64,000 nucleotides of DNA from Isurus oxyrinchus (Eukaryota), in assembly GCA_026770705.1 (NCBI GenBank), contig JANJGN010000035.1, positions 8,432,001 through 8,496,000 on the forward strand. Reading direction: 5' to 3'. How positions within the stretch are numbered: position 1 is the first letter of the stretch; each line of letters opens with the position of its first letter. This document shows, in pieces, positions 12,360-25,720 of this stretch. Below the pieces are notes generated by a model, which searched no databases, had not been told where the DNA came from, and saw only the letters and a program-made list of their open reading frames with translations. Both the position numbers and the translations under genes were made by a program.

Positions 12360-15300
12360 CTGTGACAGATGCACATAAATGCCATGCATACATCTATTGC
12401 AGATCTAGCAGCTTTCGTTAGCAGGTAGCAATCTATCCCCCCCACAACCCCCACCTTAGGGCGCCTTTCCAAGTTGCATTAATTATTTTCCTAGGTAAAG
12501 CGACAAACTGACCACATTGCCACCAATATTATGGGCTCTTGCTTACTAACAGATACGATCACACATTTCCATGCGATATCAACTCAAGGAACTCATCTGA
12601 GGCGTTGCCTTTGCCTGCTCCCTCAAAGCAGAACGTCCATTTTGATTCAACTTCCTTCCAAAGCGAATGTTTACTATGGGCAAAGTTTTGCATAATAGAA
12701 TAGGTTACCAATATTGTTATATCACTGCTGCCAGTGTGTTTTTTTTTACTTCCTATGAATTCACGGCAGATTAACCTGTACAAAATCTAACCCCAAGCGT
12801 GCATCATTAAGTTTAAATGTCAGCGTATGATGAAAAAAAAAAGTGCACGAAGTTGCCACTGTGACGCAGTGCCACTCGAGATCCTCTATCCACCATGTTG
12901 GAAAGCACGATTTTTAAAGGGCCTTTACCATCCCTGCATTACTAAACTCATGGCGCTCTACCATTGTCACAGTTGCAATACTGTTTAGATCTTCAGCGTA
13001 GAGCTGACTTGACAGTAATAAAGCTCCGGCTAATTTTGCTGAAAGTGAACTTCAGAGGATGGGAAACTTGGATGCAAGAGAGGGTAAGGAAAACGGTTAG
13101 TTTGACTGCCAGTTTGATTGTTGCTTGATTGCATAAAAATATCTAAGATTTGTATTCCCAGAGCCAAGCTTCAGGCTATGGCTACGTTTGCAGAAGTAGA
13201 GCTTCATGCAGATTTCCAGCTTGTCTGTGAATAGGATTTTTCTTTCCTCCAGAACGGATAGCGATTGAAATATAGTGCCGGCACATCCAATAGCATTCAG
13301 CTGGTTCTGCGGCAGCTTTATTAAGTTACCTCATGCCGCGGAATGGTCATTTGCTCCTACACTACAAGCAGATTATAAAGCAGCTGCCATGAGCTGACGG
13401 CAGTATTTGGAATCAGCATTCTAGTGTCAGTATGATTCGGAAGTATCTCTCCTTTCACTTATCACATAATAACATTACTCTCCCAGAGTTGCCAAATTCC
13501 TTCAAATAAATTTTTCACGAAGCACCATGTAAGCGGCTGTACGATGTTTATTATATAATATTTTCAAAACGGAGAGACGTCGTCCTTCCTTTAATGCACA
13601 TGGGCACAGATCCACATTCAGGTGCACAGAATCTGGAGCGTCCGATTCAAATTAACGATGACCAAGGGGGACATTCTCCATTAAATTACAAACGCTTATG
13701 ATAGAAAGTAGCAACAATTTTTTTTTTTAGAATCACCATTGCCTGAGAAGGTCAAGAAGACATGGAAATTAATATTCTTTTACAAACTTCCCAAATACTC
13801 AATGGCTGGGAATAAATCTGCTCATTTGTTAAGTAGTAATCTGACAAACGTTCTGATTAAATTACACCAGGGAAGGTCTGAAAGACATTCTTTTTTATCG
13901 GTGGAAATGTTTCTTTTCAAAACTGACCACTTTACGACAATTAACAATTTTCACAAAATTATCAGAAACACATGCTGGCATATGTTCAAAAAAATGATTC
14001 ATTCGTCGGCATATCTGGAGCGCTGATGGTCATCCCATCTAATGGAAATCTCTGGTCTAATTGGAAATCTGGTCCTGAGCCAATTAGAAGACAAAATGTA
14101 ATTAATTCCGTTCTCACCTTCCTGATACTTGGGCATGAGATCATCAGTCTGCAGATCTGAGATGCAGAACAATCGGCACTACTGGAAATTCTCACAGTAG
14201 AAGGATTATTGAAAAAAAACTGCCTGATTTTCTAACCTAGAATTTACATAAAGTATTATTTTCGAAATATATTTACCGCGGTACCCAGTAGCTTGAATTG
14301 AATGGTTCAGTATCCTGCCTCCAATATTGTTTAAGCAGCAACTGTTGGAGCATTAAGTGCCAATGGATACAATTTAACTGTTAATCTTAAATTAACAAGA
14401 AAGACTTTGCATGATTATAATGCTCGCCTTTTCTAACGCTACATTGATTTCTGGACTACTCACAGAGTGCGAAGCAGGCAAACTTAGATTGGAGGGAATG
14501 CTGGTGAATGATGGAATCTGAAAACAATTGCACGAGATTTGATTATATTGGTTATCATGCTATAGCATCAATGTGTAACATTTACGCGATATTGGCCGGC
14601 TGACAGTCTGAGAAGGGAAAGGTGTGTATTTAAGTCCACTTCTTCAGGTTGCAGAATGCCAGTCATTAATGAGAATTGTGAACCAAAATAAGTATTTTAA
14701 AATCAATCATTATTTAGTCAATGGAATGATATCCTGCCTAGTGATCACCTGCTGGTATCTCCGTGGTTGCCAATGTTCTTTTTTATTTCTCCAATGAAAA
14801 GGTAGAGACAACATGTTAGTTTAATAGCTATATATTTTACTTAGTGTCCCTTATAATTCAGCCTATCCATACTCCCAGTGGAATTATGGTTAACATTTTT
14901 AATATATATATATGCCAATTCACGGTAAACTTAAAAGCTATAGCTTTGATATAAATGTATTGATTTTTCACTGATATGTTACATTTTCTATGTGTTTGCC
15001 GAATTCTTACTTTTTAAATGAATGTTTAAAATCATAGTATGCTTAGATTGACTACTTTTTTGGCGAAGATATTTCCAGTTATCTGTAGCTCAAAACTTTG
15101 GTCGTGGACTATAAAGAATTCATGGTGATGCAATTTCCTTGTGAGATTTTTTTTTTCAAATGCTTGACGTTGATTATCTACCATCATGTAGTTAAACATA
15201 ATGCGTCTCACCCTACCTGGCCAAACTATCCACTACCCATATATATTTGGAATTGTTAAAATTTACGTCTCTAGTCTCTAATTTAACCACATCACTCACC

Positions 15301-16531
15301 AACATGAGATTAATCTCTACATTTCATGATTATTCATTCCATCATCATGTGTAATGATAGGGCTCCAAACTAAAGCTGAGTGAGCAGAAAATAGCTTTGG
15401 CCTGTTTGGTTTCTCGAAATAATAACATAGTGTAATTTCCGGCAGATAAAGAGGCCATTGACACTGTTAAGTCTTTGTTGGCTCTGCAGGAGCTGTCGAC
15501 TTGATACTGGTAGACCATCAAGTCTCACGTGAATTTCCAATTAGCCTTCGAAATCATTCATTATTTCCCCATCCACCACGTTCCTGTTCCTCACTGCTCA
15601 GTGTGCAAAATCTTCCATCTGAAGCCCCCGACCAGCTGTTGTGGACGTCATGCTCTCTGCAAGCTTCATTCCTTCTGCTTCAATTAAGAGGAACTATTTA
15701 CTCTTGTCTCCTACGCAAACCTAGCAACAATTGGTGAACATCAAACAATTGCACTCCTGCCCTCAATGAGAATCACCCCACCACCCCCCATCTCCCCACC
15801 CCCACTACCCAAAACGCCGCTTGCACACTAACAAAAAAAAATATAAACCCAGATGTCCGGTGTTATCATTGTAATTTAAATCCCCCAGAATGGGCACCAT
15901 TTTGGTGGATAAAAAATGCACGTTGTAAAGGTCTTTCACATTCACCATAAAGCAGTGCCACTGCATCTGTATGTAATATCCTATTTGCGGTGCAACGAGA
16001 GCTTTACACACTTTCAGCCGAACCTCCCTGCCTCTGTTGTCAATGACTTTGAAGACCACTTGGAAGTGTTTTTGCAAGACGAATTGTGCAAGAAGGGCCG
16101 TGTAACTTGAATATTTTGTGAAGTGGGATAAGAAATAACATAAAATATATATAAAACTGATTAGGTGATAATGAAATTGAATGACATTCGACATTAAAGG
16201 CACCTTGAACGCTCTCTGGCTGCATATGAATTTTAAGCATGTGGTAAGATAAAATGGGCGTACTTTTAGGAATATCTGTTTAAAGGCTCTGGACAAGAAG
16301 GCAACAATGAATGTGGCCAAGTAACCATACTCTTTATCCCATACCAAGCATTCAAAAAGTGCAAATTGACCAGAATTGCATAGATGGAACAGAACGCTCC
16401 TTGTCGTGGATCCCACCTCTAAACATAAATTTTAGCTCAATTCCAAAAGTATCGAATACATGTCATCTCGCAAATGCCACAGGCAAAGTTGGCCTTTAGG
16501 CAATGATGACATCTGGGATGAGTGTCCCAAC

Positions 16532-16555
16532 ATATATATATATATATATATATAT
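16532..16555. repeat. (AT)n microsatellite
   Basis: Run of about 12 AT units. Confidence 0.9.
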
Positions 16556-16989
16556 GTTTTTTGTTGAATCCACCTCCTGCTAACTGGTCACGACTCTGGT
16601 TGCTGAACAACCATTGTTTCCATTTAGGAGACGCAAAGCTGAAGAATTTGCATACATCATGACACAGAAGTTCCGAGTGGATTTACAATCTCGGCCTATT
16701 CACGATTAGCCAATGTTATTGCATCTACACGGCATGACATAAACTGTCCAGGTAAGCCCTGTTCACAAAAGAAAACAAATAGGACACACCGAAGGTGCTC
16801 AATTATTGAACAATCACTCTAATTTCGATCATCAGCAAGGTAATGTAAGGGAATTTGAACAGTGCTGTCAAGCGACACATACTCAGGAACAACTGACATT
16901 CACAGATGCTCAGTTAGGGTTCCTCTATGAACAATAATTAAGGGCCACATTATAATCTTAGACAAAGAAGAGGACAAGTAAATGTAAAT

Positions 16990-18100
16990 ATGAACGGAAG
17001 CGGTGAGGAGGCAATGCCTGACTTGAGCATTGAAACAGCATTCCATAGAGTGTTGTATCAAGTAGCCCTAACAAAAAGGGAGTCAATGGAAATCAGCGGG
17101 AAATTCCCCACTTTTTGGAGTCTCACCTCGCTAAAAGGAGCGTGGCTGTCCTTGTTGGAGTTCAATCATCTGAGTCCCAGGACATCAATGCAACATTTTC
17201 TCAACGTAGTATATTGCCCCAAGTACCTTCAGTTTCTTCTTCAATGACCATCCCTTCATCAGAATTTCAGTAGTGGACAAGTTCGCTGATTGCACAATGT
17301 TCAGCGCATTCGTGATACCTGAGACCCTGAAGGATTCTGTGTCATTATGAACCACACCTGGAAAATATTCAGGATTAGGTTGATAAGCAGCTAGTAACAT
17401 TTGAGTCGCACAATGACAATTAAGGCAGAAACGACAAGAGATAATTCAACCATCTTCCCTTGATCTTGAATCGCATTTCCATCACTGAATGCCCAATTAT
17501 CAATATCTTGGGAGTTACCATTGAACAGAAACGTCCCTGTGTTGCCATATAAATGTTAGCAGGTCAGAGCCTGTGTGTGGAAGCCTGTCCATGATCAACA
17601 ATCTTGATGTCAGGACTTGCTTTGAAAAGTGCAGTACCAACAACACTGAAGAATCTCGACAGCACCCTGTCTTTCGCAAGCTTGATTTGCATTACATCAC
17701 CCAGAATATAGAGTCAAGCCCTGCAGAATAAACAAACTTTGGCAGTTGTGCTTATCATCTGCATGGTGCAATGCGTCAAATTATAATGGGCTGCTTTGAA
17801 AGCAACTACTAAACCTAGAGCCTATAATAAACAGAAGGAGAAGGGAAAAAGAGTCACAAGAAAGCCACCAAGTGTATTTTGTTGCGCAAGACACACACCA
17901 TCTTGACAGGGAGCTATATCACCTTCTCTGTGACAAAATCCTGGTATTCTCTTCACTACAGCACTCTCGGAGTTCCTAAGTCCCATGGGTTGCAGCAGTT
18001 CAAGAAGGAAACTCGCCACCAACTTATCAAGGGTTAATGGCAACGTGAATATACACTATGACACAGTCAAATGTGTTCACATCAACTGAAATAATGAGAT
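16990..18100 (+). mobile_element. L2/Crack-like LINE, RT C-terminal half and 3' end
   Basis: Decayed GVPQGS..FINDLPSII..FADDCTMF region at 17.18-17.31k and a 3' tail ending near 18.09k. Confidence 0.7.
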
Positions 18101-19689
18101 CGAAAAAAAAATATTTTCCTTTTAAAATTTCCATTTTTCCTTTTGAATATTTCTTCGGATGCCTGACTATTACCATAATGTTTTGAGGTCCACCCACTCT
18201 AAGATGGGTGTGTTAATTAATTTACTGCCTATTAAGCATTCCAATTTTAATTGCCCTTCTCTTTCTTGATATGTTTTCTGCTGACAACTAATTGCAATCA
18301 TCTGTTGAAATTACCCACGCTGTAAATGTTTTGACTATGGTATGACGAGTCATGGAATCGATTGTTTCTTGTTAAAGGAAATTAAGCAGTCGAACACGAT
18401 GGCTGTGCTCATAAATGTAACTTGTTATATTTGGCAGTAACTCCTAACTTGTACCTGTTGTTGATTCTGGGACAGAAGTAGCTCAGGCTAGTTTTATTCT
18501 GTGCTTGGCGGATGATGCAAAAGTTAGAGCGTTGTTTTCCCCTGACCCAGGAAAATACCAGCAGCATAGGAGCCACTTTTCTATTAATGTAGCTACTTCT
18601 GGAGTGCAGCATTTTAAGACGATATTGTCAAGAAATGTAGGTTTCACTTTAGCCAGCACACCAGTTCTTTGCAGAGGTCTTTTGGAATGAATCACATGGA
18701 TTGCGAGTTATAGCGTTGGTGACGGAGAATGCAGTATGAAACTGGTAACGGGTGCACATGATGTCCATCATTTTGAAAATAATTGATAAGACTCTGTTTT
18801 ACATTTTGCCGTTTCAGTTTCATGATCTTTGATCCGAAATAGGAAAAGTTAATATAGGAATAAACATCTATAATTAGTTCTGTGGGGAAAATCTAGGCCA
18901 CAGTTCTTAATATGGCAGACGGCGTGGGGAATTAAGTAGCAAAAACCACCTTCATGGTGCTAGACGAAAAGGAGAAATAATGGGGAAGGTAACTATATCA
19001 TGATATCATCTGTGGATCCACACAATGCTGGATTGTGAATAGATGCTGGCTAAGTACAAAAAACATACGTATGAGAAAAAGGTGGGTGGACGCGATGTAG
19101 TTTTGGAATGTTAAGGTCCGAAGAGAATATCTTCACAATTCCCTGCAATGTCTCTCACCTCCCCTCTTCTTTCCCAGTCAAAAAACATGGCTGTAGCCTC
19201 CGACATGCCTCTGTGTGCACTCCTGAGAGCTTAGCTTCAAGGGTAACTTGGTGCCAACAGCAAAATATGACACAGGATTCTCTGTCTCTTCATCTAAGCG
19301 ATTAATATATAGAAGGCAATGTAAGATCAAAAGGTCGCTGTAAGCTACCACTGTCTCCACAGGAAACAAATTGAAAATAATCTCGTTTTGACTTCTTTAG
19401 GGGAAAATGATTTGCCTGGTATCTGTTTGAGTCTATTGGCTGTTGTTGTCTTAATGGACATTAGCTTGGGATTTTGTTAAAACAAATGACACTGATAGTT
19501 TGAAGCCATGCCTTGGTATATTTTAACCTCTGTAAAATATTGAAATGCTTCTTTAAGTGTCCTGTAAAACCTAGTGCCTGACGGCCTGATTACTGAATTT
19601 AGAGCTGCATCTCAGACTTAACAATTGAAATTATTTGTTATGACATTTCTTTAAAGTTTCCCTCTGGGGTATTTTAAATAAATCAGATA

Positions 19690-20780
19690 TACCAGCTCCA
19701 CCTGCCATAAAAAATCCTAAAATCCACGTATACCTGCTTGCTACTTTCTAACCATTAACCAATCATTTATCTATGTTGAAGCATAACAAAATAACCTATG
19801 ATCGCTTTTCTTGTATTTTAATCTTTGCATGTAAGAATCATTTAGTAATCATTTGCAGCATTTTCACAACAAAAGCTGTTTGAGCCAGCTGACCTGTATT
19901 TCACTCTTTTATAGCATCCTTTAATGAAAAGTATTTTAATATATTCCAACTGCCAATCTAATGGCACCGTTCCCCAATCTATAGAATTCTGGAAAATCAT
20001 AACCAGCGCTTCAGGTGCGTCTGCTACTGTCTCAATCAAAACTCTAGCCTCTAGGCAATCAAGTCCCTGTTTTATTTTTCAATTTCAATATTTTAGTCCC
20101 GGCAAATAATTTTTCTCTGCGAGAATCCCGCCTGCCTCATCTTCTAACTGCCCAGCATTTTCTTTACTCATTCACTTCCTATTTATAGGTTTCCAAAAAA
20201 TATTGAAATCTATTGTTATATATCCGGCTCGTCTACTCTCATATTCTCTTTCCCCCCGATTTATCAATCTTTCGGTGCCGCTAAGTTGATTTCCAAATTG
20301 TTTCATATCTATATGCTGGCTACTAATTTTGCAATGTAATAAGCATCTTATTTTAATATGGCACTATTCCACACTTTCTGAGCGAACTACGAATGGCCTA
20401 GCTTGCTGAGCTTTTGTTTGCCATGGAATGCATTTTGCTTGAAGATTTGAATGCTATCTTTATTTTTCTCCACTGTTCATTTACTTCCGTTTTTTATCAA
20501 ATGTACTGAATTACTATTCGCCAGTTCTCCTTCCTGGTTATGTAATTGGCTTTGTTTGAGTTTAATTTTTTTGTGTGTGCATTTTCATGGGAGTGTAATT
20601 TGCAAACATAAAATGGCATTCCGTCCCATTTCAATTATTATTTTCCTGTGGACCATATATTCCGTCATTAATTATGACCCTGCTTTATTATACCATGTTG
20701 GACATAAGAGAGCGTTAGCTTTCAAGAATTATTCACGTATTTCTCCAACAAACTACCATTAAAATATTCTACAAAATTAA
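19690..20780 (-). mobile_element. CR1 LINE ORF2 fragment (linker/RT N-terminus)
   Basis: ORF 19842-20039 EALVMIFQNSIDWGTVPLDWQ matches CR1 ALVVIFQNSLDSGxVPxDWK. Confidence 0.75.
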
Positions 20781-20809
20781 CCTTTAGATTGATCTTGTCA
20801 ATTGAAGAG

Positions 20810-22650
20810 GGAGTAGTATAGAGGTACTGTGGCTCAGCTAGTAATCCCGATACCCTGGGAAATGCTTTTTGGGCCTAATTCAAATGGTGAAATTTAAATG
20901 CAACTAAAGTCTGTCAACAAACGTCAATTGATTTCTATTAAACCATTGTCAATTTTGGGAAACTCAATCTGGTTCGCTAGTTTTCTTTGGGAAGCAAGTA
21001 TTCTGCCCTTTTCTGGTCTGCTCTGAAGGCGGCTCCAGACCAAAAATATTGCGACTAATTCCTAACTGCTCTCTACGATTTGCCAGCCAAGCACTGCGTT
21101 GCATAAATTCGCTAAAATGGAATCGAACTGGATGGACAACAAAACATCGACCATTAGAACCGAAACGACAGTGGCAAAGCCAGCCCTGTCGACAAGGCAA
21201 AGTCCTCCTGACTAAGATGTTCGAGCTAGTGTCAAAATTGGGAAACCTGCCTCACAGGCTTGTCAAACAGCAGCCTGACATACTCATACTCACGGAAACA
21301 TACCATTCAAAAATGGCCCAGGCACTAACATCACCACCCCTGGGTATATCCTGTTGCACGGGAAGGACAAAACCAGCAGACCGGGCGACACAGTGGCATA
21401 TATTCGGGAGGGAATTGCCCTGGGAGTCCTGAAACTCGGCACCGGACCCCGGGTATTCACATGGAATCAAATTAAAACATGGGCAAGGAATTCTCCTGCT
21501 GACCGAGAGATGAATTGCCAACTTCACATTGAGGGTACCATGCACCGTGTTGGTACGTCACTACCACTATGTTAATAAGGTAGAATTAGAAAAGGCTTAG
21601 CAATGTATCTAACATCTACCATCAAGCAACTAGATGTACTCTCAACAAGAGCAGAATTGAACGCAACCAATATCCATGAACTCATGTTCTGGCATAGCCC
21701 CAACTCTACCATTGCCATTATGCAAGAGGATGATTGTTGCTTCAATAAGAGTGAGAAGGGCATATCTCGAGCAGCACCAGGCATAGTTTATAAAATGAGG
21801 CGTTAACCTTGTTAAATTAAAGTTCACGGCTCCTTGCATTCCAAACAGCATAATCAACAAGTGTTACACAGAGCTCAGTGATTGCAAAACCGAAAGATAA
21901 GATCTAATTTCTGAAGTCCTGCCACATCCGGTCCTAAATGTTTGAGGAAATGTAAACAACTTACTAGAGGTGGATGAGGTTCCACAAAGGTCCCCATCCT
22001 CAATGATTGGGGAGATCAGCACATCTGTGCAAAGATTAGGTTAAGGACTTTGTGGTAATTTTCAGTCAGAAGTACCAGTTGAATTGTGTAAATAGGCAAA
22101 AATCAGAGCCCCCCAATATCACCGCTGCAAGTCTTCCATAAATTCTATTCACTCCACATAATATTAAGAAACGGCAGAAGACAGTATGTACTGTAAAGGC
22201 TATGGCCTGAAAACATTCCCTCCCTAATATTCAATACTTGTGCCACAGAAATTGCTGCGTCCGTAGCCAAGCTGCTTCACAACAGTTAAAAAGCGGTCAT
22301 TTAACGGGCAATGTGCAAAACGGCCCAGGTTTCTTCTGCACAGAAAGAGGAGAACAAATCAAACCCAACCAATTACCGCCCTATACGTTTTATCTCCATC
22401 ATCAGTAAGAGCTGAAAGTGGTAACCAATACTTCCAACAACCGAAACTTGTGAGCAACAACCTGCTCACTGACGGACATTTGTGTTCTGCCACAACAACT
22501 CAGCTCCTGACATAATTGCATCCTTGGTTCAAGCAGGCAGGGAAAAGCTGAACTCTGGAAATGAGGCGAGAGTGATTGACTTTGACATCAAGGCAGCATT
22601 TGACTGAGTGTAGCAACAAGGCGCCTACGTAAAATTGGAATCATGCCATT
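20810..22650 (+). mobile_element. L2/Crack-like LINE with SINE-like 5' end (EN plus RT N-terminus)
   Basis: LLTKMFELVSKLGNLPHRLVKQQPDILILTETY (APE EN). Later NPTNYRPI and DFDIKAAFD RT motifs at 22.36-22.61k. Confidence 0.8.
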
Positions 22651-23239
22651 GACTTGCAATGGCATTGTCGTCGATTAATTTAATATCGCAGTTTAGAATT
22701 GTAAAGTCCGCAAATCTAGGGTCAGTGTATTGTCAGAGAGCAATGATGAAAATGTGCAAATAAATGTTCAGAGCATCATCGTCTATGCCAGTGCTCACCT
22801 TTAGCTAGAATGTTGAATGTGTAGGGGTCAATAGTTTTAAGGGATATTGAGCTTGCAGCTGGTGAGCACTCACTGAGGAAATTGAGCTGACTATACACTG
22901 TGCGAATAGCCAGATAATTGAACACCATGCAGGTAATCAAATATACTTATATACTTTCATTTTCTCCTTCACAAATAGCAGACATTGAGCGAAGAAAAAA
23001 CAAACAACCCTCATTATAAGCATTTTTCGACTTTCAGCAATGAATGATCGTCCGTAGCTGAGGGAATAAACTATATCACACTGCATATTTGTACATTTAA
23101 GACGGTTGTTTGAAAATATGCTGACATCCAGAGGTATTGAGGGCAATACCGAGTTTTACAGCACGGTGCTCTCTGTATTCCTCATGGCACTGAGGAAAAA
23201 AGCCCTTCGTTTTACTCGCACTACGGGAATAATTTCATC

Positions 23240-24020
23240 CTGCTAGGAAGTCAGGCATGACATTAATTTGCATAACATTAAGTACACGGAGAATGACTGC
23301 ATGATTTGAAGGTGCAGAGAGATCTAGATATTACAATAGATGATTCAGATAAAGTTAGTGCGCTGGTACAGCAACTAATTTAAAAAGCTAATACAATGCC
23401 ATTATTTATTACGAGAGCAATTTAATATAAAAGTAAGGATGTTGGTTCAGGGCATTTGGAAGACCTCAACTCAAATGCTGTGTGCATTTTTGGGCTGCTT
23501 TTTACAAGGATGCTAAACTATTGGGCGCTATTCAAACGAGGATTAATGGATTTATGCCTTGGTAAGTGGGTTGTATTATGAGGAAAGGCTATAAAGACTG
23601 AGCTTGTTTCCACTGGAGTTTAGAGGAGCGAGCGTGATTTTAATGATGTATACAATATCATGATCCGCCTTACCATGGTAGATGGTGAAAGGATTTTCCC
23701 TGTTGTGGATGAGCTCAGAACTAGAGGGCATTGTTCTTTTAGGAGATACGAGGAGTTGATTTTGTTCTGTCAGACGGTTGCACAGCTTTGGAACTCTGTG
23801 CCTGAGAATATCGTGAGGAGGGACCACTGAATATTTTTTTTAATGCAGAGACAAATAGATTATTGTTAGGCAAGGGAATCAAACGTTATCGGGGTTAGAT
23901 GGGAAATGTGGAAGTCTAAACGCAACAAAATCAGACATAACCTAATGGAGTGGCAGAACAGGATCGGGGAGCCGAATGGTCCATTCCTTTTTCTGATGTA
24001 CTTAATATTGATATGCATCA
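23240..24020 (+). mobile_element. CR1 LINE 3' fragment
   Basis: Typical CR1 C-terminal sequence (QRDL, RPQLKC, LFPLEFR) and 3' tail ggagccgaatggtccattcc. Confidence 0.75.
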
Positions 24021-24109
24021 CGTAACATTCTGTAAGAACAAAAATGCCAGTGCATAAAAGACAGCAGGTGTGGCACAATTGCATCCAAAAGCAGATATAT
24101 CATTCCACG

Positions 24110-25720
24110 TCGCATGCATAACTTTCAGAACTGAGTGTGCTGGGGTTTAAACAATTTACATCGGTGGGCGAAGATGAACAAAAGGAAAGTACTAACGGAT
24201 GATAGACGGAGGGATATATGAAATGATAATATATCTTGGTTAAACGTTTGAAATGTGTTAACAATTTCAGTTAAATAAAAATAAAAGTTTTGTCAGAGTC
24301 AGAGTGAATGACAGTAATGAAGAGCACTGCCAGAAACGAAAACGATGGTTTTCAAAGCTGTCGATGACAAAAATATATATATAACTTACCAGGGCACAAA
24401 GATCCTAGTCAGAAATTCTTAAACTCAGTGTTGGATCAATATGACTGAAAAATGCCGACTCTGTAGATGAGCTGCTCTTCCTCGAACGAGTGTTGAACTT
24501 TAGTGTAATACAGCAGGCAGCAATGGAGAGAATTTTGAGCCTTTGTCCAAGTTCGTGAACTAATATAGAATAGGAACGGAAACGCTGAGCTACGGTTGGG
24601 GACTGAGCTGAGGTATTGCACAAAAGCTTTAACATATCGGTGTTTGTTCACTCAAATTTAGAGAAGACCATGTTAGTAACATTGGAATGCACTATGTGAA
24701 GACAACAAGTAAATCGTTGCGTCACGTGGACCGAATATTTGGACACTTGGACTGTGAGGAGTGATCAGCTCATCTGATAGATATTTAACCTGAGAAATCA
24801 AAGTAAAATGCCGTGAGGAGGGGGCATGGTGTTCCTGGTCATTGTGGAGTCTACACTTGGGAACAGAAGGGAACGTTCCATTCAATTTTTTTTTCAAGGA
24901 AGGGGAGATTGTATGTTGTCATGGTGTGATGTGGAAGGTGGTGCAATTGAATGATGATAATTGTTAGCAATTTTGTGTGGGTGGGCTGAGACGTGAGGAA
25001 AGGGGTGGAGCATTGGGCTCGGAGGTGCAGAGGGACATTATCACTGTTCCGGAAGGGAGGGAGAGAACTGATCTTCGAAGCGCATCATATTGGATTCTAC
25101 AGGTGTAGCCACTCTGAACTGCAGTGCGGATAAAGCATCAGTTGAGGAAAAAGTATGACATAGCTGAGTAGTTTTGGAAGCTTGCATCGTCAGAAGGGAT
25201 GGCACAGAATGAAGAAACTGGGCAAATATATTGGATTACTTAATGGGACATGGAGTGAGGAAATGCAGTTGCTATGCCAATGGGCGCCAGGAGAATAAAT
25301 TCAATTTTTGTAGCCGACCTATCACCAGAAATGAAGAAAAAGAAGCAGAGAATGAGAACGGTAGTGCTTGGGGCAGATGGGAGGATAAGGCTGGAAGTTG
25401 TAAGCCAAATTTGTGGCGGTTTCCTGTTCTGGGTTTGTACAGAAGTACTCACGGAGAGAGGTTCTAATCAGGGCATTATGTAATGTGGGGGTAAGTGTGT
25501 GGCGTGTGGCAGTGTAGTTTCAGGAAAACGGGCTTTCCAAAATCTCCCAGAAATACAAGCGTAAATAAGGTACATGCATGGACCATGGCCATCCATTTAT
25601 TTGGAGTAATTGAGACAAGTTAAATGAGAAATGCTAAAAAAGAGTTCTGGTTCAACAAGGTGCGATTGGGGGTAGTTTGGGGAACTAGTTGGTCCTCTGT
25701 TCATCCATTCTCTTTGCTTT
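24110..25720 (-). mobile_element. Decayed Penelope-like element (Neptune-type RT plus GIY-YIG)
   Basis: ORF 24436-24651 EEEQLIYRVGIFQ matches LEEQHLIFRLGTLQ of the 43.8-44.2k copy. 25140-25230 and 25550-25630 are antisense to RT motifs (SDDA, QINGWPW for QIKGVAMG). Confidence 0.8.

Larger units (their letters stand above)
300..18700 (-). pseudogene. GREB1/GREB1L-family unprocessed pseudogene, near full length, ~20 decayed exons
   Basis: Minus-strand remnants colinear with recalled human GREB1/GREB1L: ~15.9-16.1k GREVRLKVC..G..VHFLSTKMVP (cf GKDLRLVSLC..G..VCAVDKRFLP); ~15.1k RKLHHHEFFIV (KKQKHLKYYLV); 14646-14663 TGILQP (identical); 13.73-14.24k LITFCLLIGSGPD and LPWCNLI (LLTIQYLVRLGPD, LPWLARLI); 12074-12359 D-x10-F-x9-P-x16-G spacing conserved; ~7.8k SQYTAAIADL (QHYAAALMAV); 7.2-7.3k KTRFNALKCLLKL; 6656-6859 TIIVFRG..IPDNLVHYHHRF (IVILTG..FPRSLKYCDLRL); ~5.4k CQWIRTVPFLFRLL; ~2.9k DLHIHDP (DVSVHDP); ~2.4k FVI..F.F..IPLL; ~1.8k MLQHILST (VLQHIEAT); 841-918 PEPKRTL..WMETYLK. 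In-frame stops and frameshifts occur throughout; several AG/GT sites survive. Confidence 0.75.

Noticed and set aside
12390-12450. CYLLTKAARSAID resembling GREB1L VILSKAAYSLL
   Set aside because: It is out of colinear order and lies in an inferred intron, so it is probably chance.
15805-16416. 203-aa ORF as a stand-alone gene
   Set aside because: Only ~15.86-16.1k resembles a GREB1-like exon; the rest looks like intronic read-through.
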